Part shown: in pieces, positions 28,000 through 36,637 of the stretch | Layout: every line of letters starts with the position of its first letter | How positions within the stretch are numbered: position 1 is the stretch's first letter | Assembly (NCBI GenBank): GCA_964493695.1 | Contig: CAZBPG010000004.1 | Span: 40,466-104,465 of the forward strand | Origin: an uncultured Chitinophaga sp. | GTDB taxonomy: Bacteria > Bacteroidota > Bacteroidia > Chitinophagales > LD1 | Length of the DNA stretch: 64,000 bases | Direction of reading: 5' to 3' | Notes under the pieces: generated by a model | What the model was told of the DNA's origin: nothing | The model's input: only the letters and a program-made list of their open reading frames with translations | Database searches by the model: none | Position numbers and translations under genes: made by a program

Positions 28000-30084
28000 T
28001 TATCTTCCTTGAGTCAACTGCTGGTAAATATTTCCGTAGTAAGCAGCCGCATTATTATCGTTCAGCTTCATCATACACTCCGCCAGTGCGCGGTACGGTG
28101 GCGCAAAGTAAGGGTTCTCCTTCACCACACCGGTAAGCACAGCCGCAGCATTCGTAAAATCCTGTTTGTAGAAATACGCCAGCCCCAGATAGTAACCGGT
28201 TTGGGTATTCTCCCTGCTCAACTGCATACTCTGCCCCAGCACCCGGATGGCATCATCGAACCGGTTGGCATTTAAGTAACACAAACCCAGGTTCGCCAAC
28301 ACCGTTTCGTTCTTCGGAAACTTTTGTGTGTAAGGTTCCAGCAAACCGATGGCACCTACAAAATCTCCCCTGCCCATCAGCTCCTGCCCCAGATAATCGC
28401 TCTTATCGTCTTTCCTTATCACGCACGAAAGCGGCACACCATCGGCATACACCGTATGCACACTCTGCTCCGGAGGGAAACAACCGTTCAGCAATAAACT
28501 GCGGTCCACAAAGCGGCAATACATTATTTCGTAGTCCGCATCTTTTTCGCTCCGCTGCCGGTAACTGGCATACCCAACCGGTGCCACTGCAGCCGAATCG
28601 GGTTTAAAGTAAAACCCGACCGGTCCCACGGCATTGGTGTAGATGGTGGTCTTTCTTCCATCGGTGCGTTTTAAGTTTTCGTGCTCATGCATCCAGTCGG
28701 CACATTGCTTTACGCTGTTCATGTAATAATCGGTTTCGTAATTTCCGAAAGCGCCTTTAATGCCGCCAACTATTTCGTTGAAATACACATACTCGTTCGG
28801 ATGGTTTGCCAGCATAAAGCGTGCAGGCAGCGCAATCAATATCACCAGCAAACCGAGCGCTGCATACTTCATGTTCCGCTGCAGCAGGTTAATGAGATAG
28901 CTGAACGCTAAACCGGAAAGGATAATGATGCTGGGGTAAACGAAAAAGAAGTGGCGCATGGTATCGTACAACACCGACTTTTTGTAAATAACATACCCCA
29001 GCGGAAACACAATAGTGAAATACAAAAAGCCGAGCAGCAGCAATTTGTTTTCTCTTTTCATAAAACTAAACAGGCCGAAAGACAGAACCAGTCCGATTAA
29101 GCCGAACAGCGGAGTGGAGATAAGCAGCCACTTGGGAATATAATGCCAGGGCACTTCGGTAGAAGAAATATGCGCACCTTCAAACAGAATTTTAATCTGC
29201 ACCGGAAACTTCTGCGCCACGTTCAGCGCTTCCAAGGGGTGGCTGAACGGACTCACTAAACCGTAAGGCCAGAAAAGCAAACTAACACAGTAACCAAGCA
29301 CAGAAGCGAGCAACACAAACTTAAAGCTGGGCCAGATGTTTTCTTTGAACTTAGTGAAATTGAAAACCTCAGCGGTGCCGAGCAAAGCCCACATAGCCAA
29401 ACCGTAAAACAACATCAGGTAAGGAATCAGCAACAAACCACCGATACGGATACCCATCGCCATACCAATACTCAGACCTAAACCAATCGCGGTTTTAAGT
29501 GTAGGCTTTGGAAGTTGTTTCAGAAATTTGAGAATGAAAACATAGCTGAGCATGTAACCGGCCGCCATGGTAATATCTTTGGGGTTGTTCATGCTCTCAC
29601 CAAAAAAGCGAGGGGAGAAGGCCATTAAAATCAAGGTAATTAAACCCGCCTGCCAACCTGCCACTTCTACTGCCACCAATCCGGCACAAAGCATGGCCAA
29701 GAAACCGAACATGGAGTTCCAGGCATGGCGGATGTTCCATTCGTTTACTGAAGGCAGGGCTTCGGAAATAGCGGAAGCGGTGCCGTCATAAAATCCACCG
29801 TAGTAAACCATTAATGAATCGGGGCCAACATTCGAAGCCGCAGTTTTATCGGCACCCATAGTGCGGTAGAAGTTCACAATATGGTGGCCATACATGCGGT
29901 GAAAGTTTTCATCGCCCGAAATACCATACTCGTGACTCACCGAAACCATCAAGACAAAAAGCCCGAGGGCAAAACCGAGAAACAACTTTTTAGAAAGCGC
30001 TTCGGGAAGGAGAGGAGTTAGAACAACGGGAGTTGATTCAACTTTCTTTTCTTGCTTAACGGGTTGTTTTTGCTGTTTCGACAT
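28000..30084 (-). CDS. Polytopic GT-C-fold glycosyltransferase (ArnT/PMT family 39-like) with C-terminal TPR domain
   Basis: 694 aa. Many hydrophobic helices fill the N-terminal ~430 aa. The first extracytoplasmic loop carries an acidic D-E pair (HEYGISGDENFH), as in PMT/ArnT-type enzymes. The C-terminal ~130 aa are TPR-like (FDDAIRVLGQSMQL...GYYLGLAYFYKQDFTNAAAVL...YRALAECMMKLNDNNAA). Confidence 0.7.
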   Translation of the reverse strand: MSKQQKQPVKQEKKVESTPVVLTPLLPEALSKKLFLGFALGLFVLMVSVSHEYGISGDENFHRMYGHHIVNFYRTMGADKTAASNVGPDSLMVYYGGFYDGTASAISEALPSVNEWNIRHAWNSMFGFLAMLCAGLVAVEVAGWQAGLITLILMAFSPRFFGESMNNPKDITMAAGYMLSYVFILKFLKQLPKPTLKTAIGLGLSIGMAMGIRIGGLLLIPYLMLFYGLAMWALLGTAEVFNFTKFKENIWPSFKFVLLASVLGYCVSLLFWPYGLVSPFSHPLEALNVAQKFPVQIKILFEGAHISSTEVPWHYIPKWLLISTPLFGLIGLVLSFGLFSFMKRENKLLLLGFLYFTIVFPLGYVIYKKSVLYDTMRHFFFVYPSIIILSGLAFSYLINLLQRNMKYAALGLLVILIALPARFMLANHPNEYVYFNEIVGGIKGAFGNYETDYYMNSVKQCADWMHEHENLKRTDGRKTTIYTNAVGPVGFYFKPDSAAVAPVGYASYRQRSEKDADYEIMYCRFVDRSLLLNGCFPPEQSVHTVYADGVPLSCVIRKDDKSDYLGQELMGRGDFVGAIGLLEPYTQKFPKNETVLANLGLCYLNANRFDDAIRVLGQSMQLSRENTQTGYYLGLAYFYKQDFTNAAAVLTGVVKENPYFAPPYRALAECMMKLNDNNAAAYYGNIYQQLTQGR

Positions 30085-30108
30085 GTAGAAGATTTGCGGG
30101 CAAAGTAA

Positions 30109-30816
30109 TTACTTGGTGGCTGAAATGAAAATGGACTGCGAAACGTTTTTTACCAAAGGAATTTTTTCGAGCACATCGCCAATTGCTATCGAAGGTGAAA
30201 TCAAAAAATCAGGAATACCGGGAAGAAGAAAATCTTTGTATTCCACTTTAATGTTTTTGTAACCGGCTTTCGAAAGTTTCTCTGTAACAAAATCTTTTGA
30301 GAAAGCCATTTCATCGGGCTCGAGGTGCGCCATCTTTCTCAAAACAGGATAAGAGAAAATCAGATACACGTAAGGGTTGTAAATATTCGGCTCGAGGAAA
30401 ATTATTTTGCCGTTGTCCTTCAGTAAGTGAAGCATGTTCGTAAACGCGCTATCCAAATGATGATACAAATGGTGCAGAATACCATTGCCGATGATGTAGT
30501 CGAATTTCTCCCCCTTAAACTCCTCGGCTTTGTTGAAATCAAGGACCTCGTAGCGGAGATTTGTCAACCGGCAGGTGTCTCTTGCTTCTTCAATAAACGG
30601 AACGCATAAATCGGTGCCGAGCATATGCATGCCGGTCTTTTTTCCCATCACAAAGGCGTTCTTGCCGGTGCCACAGCCAATTTCCATCACCGATTTTTGC
30701 GGCAACACCTGCATTTGCGAAATCATATAATCGCATCTGCGCTCAGCGCGTATACGGGTAGATTTGCTGTCGCCCCAAACCTGATTGTATCCTCTGTCGT
30801 CTTTTATGTTTTCCAT
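30109..30816 (-). CDS. Class I SAM-dependent methyltransferase
   Basis: Motif I VMEIGCGTGKNA, plus FDYIIGNGILHHL. I placed the start at ATG 30816 (MENIKDD); the TTG at 30828 lies inside a repeat element. Confidence 0.82.
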   Translation of the reverse strand: MENIKDDRGYNQVWGDSKSTRIRAERRCDYMISQMQVLPQKSVMEIGCGTGKNAFVMGKKTGMHMLGTDLCVPFIEEARDTCRLTNLRYEVLDFNKAEEFKGEKFDYIIGNGILHHLYHHLDSAFTNMLHLLKDNGKIIFLEPNIYNPYVYLIFSYPVLRKMAHLEPDEMAFSKDFVTEKLSKAGYKNIKVEYKDFLLPGIPDFLISPSIAIGDVLEKIPLVKNVSQSIFISATK

Positions 30817-30824
30817 AACCCCAT

Positions 30825-30854
30825 CCAACCTTCCCCTAAAGGGGAAGGCTTAAG
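30825..30854. repeat. CCCCTAAAGGGG-family hairpin between the two methyltransferase genes
   Basis: CCAACCTTCCCCTAAAGGGGAAGGCTTAAG contains the 8-bp stem CCTTCCCC/GGGGAAGG with loop TAAA. Confidence 0.7.
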
Positions 30855-30855
30855 T

Positions 30856-31596
30856 TTATTTTTTTACAATGATTGTGTAACCCAGCGGGTCGTCATCACT
30901 TCCTAAATTCAACAATAAAGAAATATGCGCGATGAGAACTACCACTGCAAGAATTGGTGAAAGCGCCACCCAAACCGGAACAAAAATCCATTTCCATATT
31001 TGAGAAGGGAGCAGATTGCGAAACCACAACACAATTACTTTGTTGGCAATGTTTGCAATGTCGGTTCCTCTGTTCTTAATCTCTGCGGAACTGAATTTTG
31101 AAAACATTGTTTTTAAACTACTCGGGGTATAGCGAAAGAAATCGTAAGGGATATAATGATACCTCGCACTCCATGGAACAGTGATGATACCCGTGCCCCC
31201 TTTTTTCATTACCCGGTGCATTTCGTCAATCAGCTTCTGATAATTCTGCACATGCTCTAAAACTTCGGTGCAAATTAATCCGTCAAACTTATCGTTCTCG
31301 AAAGGAATAGTTTCTCCGTCAAACGGAGTAATGTCGGAGTTGCTGTAATCAAACTTATCCGCATCCACAATGTCCACCCCGAAGTATTTCGTTTCAGAAA
31401 CGTTCAGCAAAAAGTTATAAGGCGATTGACCGCAGCCCACATCCAGCACATTACCGGTGAAGGAAGGAACGGTTTGTTTGATGTCGCGGTAGATGGTGAG
31501 AATCTGTAAGTCGAGCAACATACGTCCGTAGAACTTCAACTGCCCGAGGAAGGAGGTGGAATAAGTATGTGAAACCGGACGGAAACCTTCGGGCAT
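30856..31596 (-). CDS. Class I SAM-dependent methyltransferase with C-terminal membrane segment
   Basis: Motif I VLDVGCGQSPY, plus FDGLICTEVLEHV and KKGGTGIITVP. The C-terminus is hydrophobic (WIFVPVWVALSPILAVVVLIAHISLLL). Confidence 0.82.
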   Translation of the reverse strand: MPEGFRPVSHTYSTSFLGQLKFYGRMLLDLQILTIYRDIKQTVPSFTGNVLDVGCGQSPYNFLLNVSETKYFGVDIVDADKFDYSNSDITPFDGETIPFENDKFDGLICTEVLEHVQNYQKLIDEMHRVMKKGGTGIITVPWSARYHYIPYDFFRYTPSSLKTMFSKFSSAEIKNRGTDIANIANKVIVLWFRNLLPSQIWKWIFVPVWVALSPILAVVVLIAHISLLLNLGSDDDPLGYTIIVKK

Positions 31597-31598
31597 AA

Positions 31599-31955
31599 TT
31601 ATTTTTCGTGTCCGATTAAATCTGAGTTATCTAATTCGAGTAAATTACATTCTTCAAACATAGAAACTATTTTATCCCAATTGTTTTCTATCAAGTTGAA
31701 AAGCTCCCGGTTAACAATGTTCCCTGTTGTAATAAAAAGAAGTTGAGTTGGTTTCTGATGGAGTAAATGCGTATGAAGAAAATCGGAATCCTTAGTAATC
31801 ACAATCCATTTTTCTTCCGAAGAAATTTTTCTGATAAGGCTATCCGAGGTTCTTTCCTTATCCGGTAAGTCATCGGTGTGAATTACTTCAACTCCTTTTT
31901 TCTGTAACAAGCCTTTCAGTTTGTAAGGAAGTTGTGCATCAATCAAAAATCTCAT
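31599..31955 (-). CDS. DUF5615-type (Mut7-C/PIN-like) putative toxin
   Basis: 118 aa: MRFLIDAQLPYKL...VIHTDDLP....IVITKDSDF, the small PIN-like pattern. It overlaps the upstream DUF433 gene by 4 nt (ATGA). Confidence 0.7.
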   Translation of the reverse strand: MRFLIDAQLPYKLKGLLQKKGVEVIHTDDLPDKERTSDSLIRKISSEEKWIVITKDSDFLHTHLLHQKPTQLLFITTGNIVNRELFNLIENNWDKIVSMFEECNLLELDNSDLIGHEK

Positions 31956-32185
31956 GCTCTAATTTTGGAAATGGTTTTTACATCAGCCAGTTTAGAGCCG
32001 TACGCCAGACAAGCAAGAATATCTTCGCGGGTAAGAGCGGGATAATCGTCCATAATTTCTTCCATAGTCATTCCGGCAGAAAGTAAATCTAAAACCATGG
32101 TTACCGGATAACGCATGTTGCGTACCGTGGGTTTACCATGGCAAATATCGGGGTTAGTTGTTATGCGGTTAATGAGAATCTCCAT
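31952..32185 (-). CDS. DUF433-type putative antitoxin
   Basis: 77 aa with the core NPDICHGKPTVRNMRYPVTMVLDLLSAGMTMEEIMDDYPALTREDILACLAY (GKP.i.gTRi.v..il..l..G.s.eeI...YP.Lt.edi pattern). Confidence 0.72.
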   Translation of the reverse strand: MEILINRITTNPDICHGKPTVRNMRYPVTMVLDLLSAGMTMEEIMDDYPALTREDILACLAYGSKLADVKTISKIRA

Positions 32186-32218
32186 AATCGAAAATTTGTG
32201 AAACGAAGATAAGTTGAA

Positions 32219-34150
32219 TTAGTAAACTTTTCGGTAGATATTTCTTCGTATAAACTTCGGCCTGCGCTTACTCTCTTCCAAAATCTTCCCTTGATATTCT
32301 CCGAGAACAGAAATAGCTAGCATATTCAATCCGCCAAAGAAGAGAATGAGAACGATGATGGTAGTAATACCATGCGGAACATTTCTGTAAACAAAATAGG
32401 CAGCAATCTGAACGATGATGGCAACAAACGAAAGCAGCGTAAGCGACCAACCGAGATATGTCATCAACTCTAACGGCACAAAACTGAAACTGAAAATTGC
32501 TTTGCGCGCCCAAGCAATGTTCTTGCGCCAGTTGTTAGTAGTAACACCAAACATTCTTTCCGGACGGGTGTAATCAACACCGGTTTGCTTAAACCCAACC
32601 CACGCACGCAAGCCGCGCATGAATTGGTCGGTCTCCGGGAGCTTTACTAATTCGTTTACCACTTTTCTATCCATCAAACTAAAGTCACCAGCATCTAATG
32701 GTATAGGAACATAACTCACACTGCGGAACAGGCGGTAGAACATTTTATAAAACGACACCAGTGTCTGGTTGCCTTCCCGCGCTACTCTTCTTCCATAAAC
32801 CACATCAAATCCTTTCTGATATTCTTCATAAAACTGTTCAATCAATTCAGGCGGGTCTTGCAAATCTCCATCAAGCAGAATTACACCATCACCGGTGGAG
32901 ATTTCCATACCCGAAAGGAAAGCAGCCTGCGAACCGAAGTTGCGTGAATGCTCAATAGCAATCACATGGTCATCTTCATCTACTAACTTCTGCAACACTT
33001 CATTCGTATTGTCGGGCGAACAATCGTTCACGAAAATTATTTCGTAGTCAACAGCAATCTTCTGAAACGTTTTCGAAAGCCGCTCATACATAAACGGGAT
33101 TGCCTGTTCGTCTTTATAGCATGCAATAACTGCCGAAAGCTTATGACGGATTTTATCCTGCACCAGTTTCTTCTCATACAGCGGCATCGAGTAAGCCTTC
33201 TGCCACTCTGCATTTTTACTCAAGCCTTCTTTAAGCGGAGTTTCGTTTTGCCAGCCAATCAATTCTTTCGCCAGCGAAGCATCGCCATACCATTCCTTCA
33301 AATCCCATTTGCGGTTGGGCATATCGCCCCAGTCAGGACTCTTTTCAATGCTGAAAATATCCTTGATAGCCAGCGCCATATCGCGGATGGTAGTTTTATG
33401 ATTGCTCGCAATATTCAGCGACTTGCCTTTAATGTTCTGAATGTTCGTAGCCGAAAGTAAAGTTGCAAGCACCGCATCATCTACATAAACAAAGTCACGC
33501 GAGATATCCGGTTGCACCAATGGCGGATAAGTCCCTTTCATTCCCTTATCAATCAACTGCGGAATCAATCTATCCGGTTCTTCAAACGCCCCGTAAATGG
33601 AGTAGTAACGCAAATTCGCCACCGGAACTTCCTTAATCGTTCCGTAGAACTTTATCATGTGCGTTGCGCCCGCCTTGGTTACCGCGTAATGAGAGTTCGG
33701 TTGAAGCGGCTCGTCTTCCTTAGGTGCAGAGGCATTTAATCCGTATTCAGAAGAACTGCCGGCATGAACAAATGCTTTGATGGCAAACTGAGAAGAAATC
33801 TCAAGCAGGTTGAGTAAACCAATAAAATTGGTTTCGTAAATCAAATCAACGTCCGACTGCTTGCTGTAAGCCCCGTAAGCCGCTAAATCGAAAATGGTTT
33901 TAAAGCGGTGCTCTTTAAAAATATCCTCAACCTGGTTTTTCTTGATGATGTTACAGTGAAGAATATGCTTCGGATTAATGTCATCCAGCCTCCACGGAAT
34001 AAAGGGCTTGCTGGTAACAGCAAAAACATCTTTGCGGTATTCCAGTATAGAACGCAACAGGTTTGCACCGATAAAACCACCCGCACCGAATATCACAATC
34101 GGGCCTTCCAGCTTAAGGACTTCTGCCTGTATTTTATCGGGTAAAGACAT
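32219..34150 (-). CDS. Fusion protein: N-terminal NAD-dependent sugar epimerase/dehydratase (SDR) + C-terminal family 2 polyprenol-phosphate glycosyltransferase (ArnC/GtrB/DPM1-like) with two C-terminal TM helices
   Basis: GAGGFIGANL Rossmann motif and YAVTK (YxxxK) in the first ~310 aa. Then LSAVIACYKDE..., FVNDCSPDNT and DGDLQDPPE GT2 motifs. TM helices follow near the C-terminus (LTLLSFVAIIVQIAAYFVY; TTIIVLILFFGGLNMLAISVLGEY). Confidence 0.8.
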   Translation of the reverse strand: MSLPDKIQAEVLKLEGPIVIFGAGGFIGANLLRSILEYRKDVFAVTSKPFIPWRLDDINPKHILHCNIIKKNQVEDIFKEHRFKTIFDLAAYGAYSKQSDVDLIYETNFIGLLNLLEISSQFAIKAFVHAGSSSEYGLNASAPKEDEPLQPNSHYAVTKAGATHMIKFYGTIKEVPVANLRYYSIYGAFEEPDRLIPQLIDKGMKGTYPPLVQPDISRDFVYVDDAVLATLLSATNIQNIKGKSLNIASNHKTTIRDMALAIKDIFSIEKSPDWGDMPNRKWDLKEWYGDASLAKELIGWQNETPLKEGLSKNAEWQKAYSMPLYEKKLVQDKIRHKLSAVIACYKDEQAIPFMYERLSKTFQKIAVDYEIIFVNDCSPDNTNEVLQKLVDEDDHVIAIEHSRNFGSQAAFLSGMEISTGDGVILLDGDLQDPPELIEQFYEEYQKGFDVVYGRRVAREGNQTLVSFYKMFYRLFRSVSYVPIPLDAGDFSLMDRKVVNELVKLPETDQFMRGLRAWVGFKQTGVDYTRPERMFGVTTNNWRKNIAWARKAIFSFSFVPLELMTYLGWSLTLLSFVAIIVQIAAYFVYRNVPHGITTIIVLILFFGGLNMLAISVLGEYQGKILEESKRRPKFIRRNIYRKVY

Positions 34151-34167
34151 GGGGCGAATATGTGAAA

Positions 34168-34246
34168 GATTTACAGAATTACAGATTTACTGAATGACGG
34201 ATTGAACAGCTAATCGGTAATTCTGTGAATCCGTCAATCCGTAAAT
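34168..34246. repeat. Inverted pair of tandem-octamer arrays (ATTNACNG units)
   Basis: The left arm reads ATTTACAG AATTACAG ATTTACTG AATGACGG ATTG. The reverse complement of the right arm reads ATTTACGG ATTGACGG ATTCACAG AATTACCG ATTA. Confidence 0.65.
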
Positions 34247-34258
34247 ATTGTTGCTGGC

Positions 34259-35155
34259 TTACTTAAGAAAGGCACTTAACTCCCTAACCATTCCTTCGCC
34301 CCCTAAATTATTTTCTGCCTGATGAAATTTCTGGTCTCCGTATTTGCCGCTCGGGTAACCGGATGCAGCCAGTGAATGCATTTTGATATTCGAAGTCAGT
34401 TGATTCATTAAATGATACGAAAGCGTTTCACGCAAACCGCATTCACCGTTGTGTTCTTCTATTGTAATCAGTTTCTGTGTGGCATTAATCGAGGAAATTA
34501 GTTCATTGGGTAATTGGGTAATTGGGAATAAAGAGAGAACCCAAACTTCCAAATCATCTGCTAGCTCCGAGTTCAGAATATTTTCTGTTACCGGTCCGGT
34601 GCCTACAACTACTCCTTTGGTGCCGTCCTTTATCTTTCTCCATTGCGCAAAAGGCGCAACCGGTTGATTGATTTTCGCGCCCATGTTAAGCCGCAGATAG
34701 TTAGGGCTTTTATCGGCAATCATCTGCTCCACCGCCTGCTCAACATCGCTTACGGTAAACGGAACATACACGCGCATATTTTGGAGAATGCGCATCGCTC
34801 CAATGTCTTCAATATTATGGTGAGTGGCTCCCATAATTCCGTAGCCGTAGCCGCCACCGTTGCCGACAATCTTAACCGGTAAGTTGTGAAGACAGACATC
34901 ATTTCTAATCTGCTCGTACGGGCGAAGCGTTACAAAAGGAGAGATGCTGTAAGTCCAAGGAATAAAACCTTCGTGTGCAAGGGCAGCGGCAACCGTCACC
35001 ATGTTTTGTTCGGCAACACCGGCATTAATAAACTTCTCGCCAAACTTCTCCTGCACTTTCTCCAAAGCCATATAACCAAGGTCACCGGTAATAAAAACGA
35101 GGTTATCGTTTTTATGGAAGGCATTAATCATACTCTGTGCAAACTCAACTCTCAT
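34259..35155 (-). CDS. Transketolase, C-terminal (pyrimidine-binding) subunit
   Basis: 298 aa, containing FINAGVAEQNMVTVAAALAHEGFIPWTYSISPF. It overlaps the N-terminal subunit gene by 4 nt. Confidence 0.88.
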   Translation of the reverse strand: MRVEFAQSMINAFHKNDNLVFITGDLGYMALEKVQEKFGEKFINAGVAEQNMVTVAAALAHEGFIPWTYSISPFVTLRPYEQIRNDVCLHNLPVKIVGNGGGYGYGIMGATHHNIEDIGAMRILQNMRVYVPFTVSDVEQAVEQMIADKSPNYLRLNMGAKINQPVAPFAQWRKIKDGTKGVVVGTGPVTENILNSELADDLEVWVLSLFPITQLPNELISSINATQKLITIEEHNGECGLRETLSYHLMNQLTSNIKMHSLAASGYPSGKYGDQKFHQAENNLGGEGMVRELSAFLK

Positions 35156-35973
35156 CCTATGGCTGTAATTCTTCTTTCAAAATCATTTTTCACTTCATCT
35201 AATATCAAACTGTATTGATCGTCCTTCATTGCCAGATAATGGCAATCAACTTTGTCCTCGTACGTCTTCCATCCGTTGCCCTTCGTAGTGTTACAAATTA
35301 TCGCGGTTGGTTTTGTTGTCTTTTGCCATTTGCCTTTTGCGTTTTCAAGAGATTCGAAGTCATGTCCGTCCGCTTCTACCACTTCAAAACCGAAAGCGCG
35401 AAGCTTATCCGCAAGCGGTTCCAGCTTCATTACATCTTCCGTTCTTCCGTAACCCTGCAATTGGTTCCGGTCAACCAGCCAGATTACGTTGGTGAGTTTA
35501 TGATGAGCAATAAACAAAGCCGCCTCCCAGGTAGTGCCTTCGTTTATTTCTCCATCACTGGTTATGCAGAAAACTTTCTTGTCTTTCTTCTTCAGCTTTT
35601 GTGCAAGCCCCAAGCCTGCGGCCAGCGAAAGCCCGTGACCTAGGCTACCTGTAGCAAAAGGAATGCTCTTAATTTTATTCACCGGTGGATGAGCGGCTAA
35701 ATGAGTGCCGTTCTTGTAAAAAGTCTGAATGTCTTCTTCGCTCAGCGTGCCGTCTTCGGCAAGCATCGAGTAGAGCGCAGCCGCTGCATGGCCCTTGCTC
35801 AAAATAATTTCATCGTCCTCTTTCATCCAGCCAAAGCGCACAAAAGTCAGCATCTCCGCCACGCTCAGCGAGCAGCCCACATGACCGGCATTCGCCTGCT
35901 TGTACATGCCCAAAAAACGGTTCTTGATGTTCAGCGCCCCGTAAAGGAGCATTCTATGTATGGCTTTATCCAT
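35152..35973 (-). CDS. Transketolase, N-terminal (thiamine-diphosphate-binding) subunit
   Basis: AGHVGCSLSVAEML, LSKGHAAAALY, GSLGHGLSLAAG and SDGEINEGTTWEA motifs. I chose the start at ATG 35973. An alternative TTG at 36015 would overlap the upstream toxin stop by 4 nt (TTGA). Confidence 0.85.
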   Translation of the reverse strand: MDKAIHRMLLYGALNIKNRFLGMYKQANAGHVGCSLSVAEMLTFVRFGWMKEDDEIILSKGHAAAALYSMLAEDGTLSEEDIQTFYKNGTHLAAHPPVNKIKSIPFATGSLGHGLSLAAGLGLAQKLKKKDKKVFCITSDGEINEGTTWEAALFIAHHKLTNVIWLVDRNQLQGYGRTEDVMKLEPLADKLRAFGFEVVEADGHDFESLENAKGKWQKTTKPTAIICNTTKGNGWKTYEDKVDCHYLAMKDDQYSLILDEVKNDFERRITAIG

Positions 35974-36011
35974 CAGCGTGCAATTATACACTTTAGCTTT
36001 AAAAACTAAAG

Positions 36012-36398
36012 TCAACCCAAGCTACGAATTCTGACTTTTAGGGTATCTAACTTGGTGCGTTCGGCAACAAACATAAAGGGCGACTCTAATTCAAACTCAC
36101 TTGCAAACAGAGTTTTGAGCGTGTCGATAGTTAACAACGGAATAATGTGACCCGGTCGCAGATATACGATACCGGTGAAGGTAACCTTCTTCATAAAAAC
36201 TATTTTGCCAAAATCGCTGTCGTGAGTAAGAACTATGCTTTGCGTTACGTGTGCGGTCTCTAATATTTTTTCATCATCTGCCGAAGTCAGCTTGAGTTCT
36301 GAAACTGTTTTAACGGATGCTACATGAGCTTTGAGAAAATCTACAACAACAGGATGTATGTTTTCATCACATACAAACGAATACTCCGTCAGCTTCAT
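36012..36398 (-). CDS. DUF5615-type (Mut7-C/PIN-like) putative toxin, second copy
   Basis: 128 aa with FVCDENIHPVVVDFLK......SIVLTHDSDFG. It overlaps its DUF433 partner by 4 nt (ATGA). Confidence 0.68.
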   Translation of the reverse strand: MKLTEYSFVCDENIHPVVVDFLKAHVASVKTVSELKLTSADDEKILETAHVTQSIVLTHDSDFGKIVFMKKVTFTGIVYLRPGHIIPLLTIDTLKTLFASEFELESPFMFVAERTKLDTLKVRIRSLG

Positions 36399-36628
36399 GC
36401 CACCGACTTTATTTCGAGGTAAATTTCGTTGTTGAGAAACTGAGTGGCGTATTGCACCGCTTCTTTCACTGCTTCTTCCGTCAGTTGCGGATAAGCAGCA
36501 ACGATGGCACTTATGGAACCTCCCGATGCTATTAATTCCAAAATAAAATCAACGCTTATTCTGGTATTGCGGATTATCGGTTTGCCTCCCAGTATTCCCG
36601 AATCGCTGATGATGTGTTCAAATTTCAT
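36395..36628 (-). CDS. DUF433-type putative antitoxin, second copy
   Basis: 77 aa containing DSGILGGKPIIRNTRISVDFILELIASGGSISAIVAAYPQLTEEAVKEAVQYA. Confidence 0.72.
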   Translation of the reverse strand: MKFEHIISDSGILGGKPIIRNTRISVDFILELIASGGSISAIVAAYPQLTEEAVKEAVQYATQFLNNEIYLEIKSVA

Positions 36629-36637
36629 ACTCCAAAT

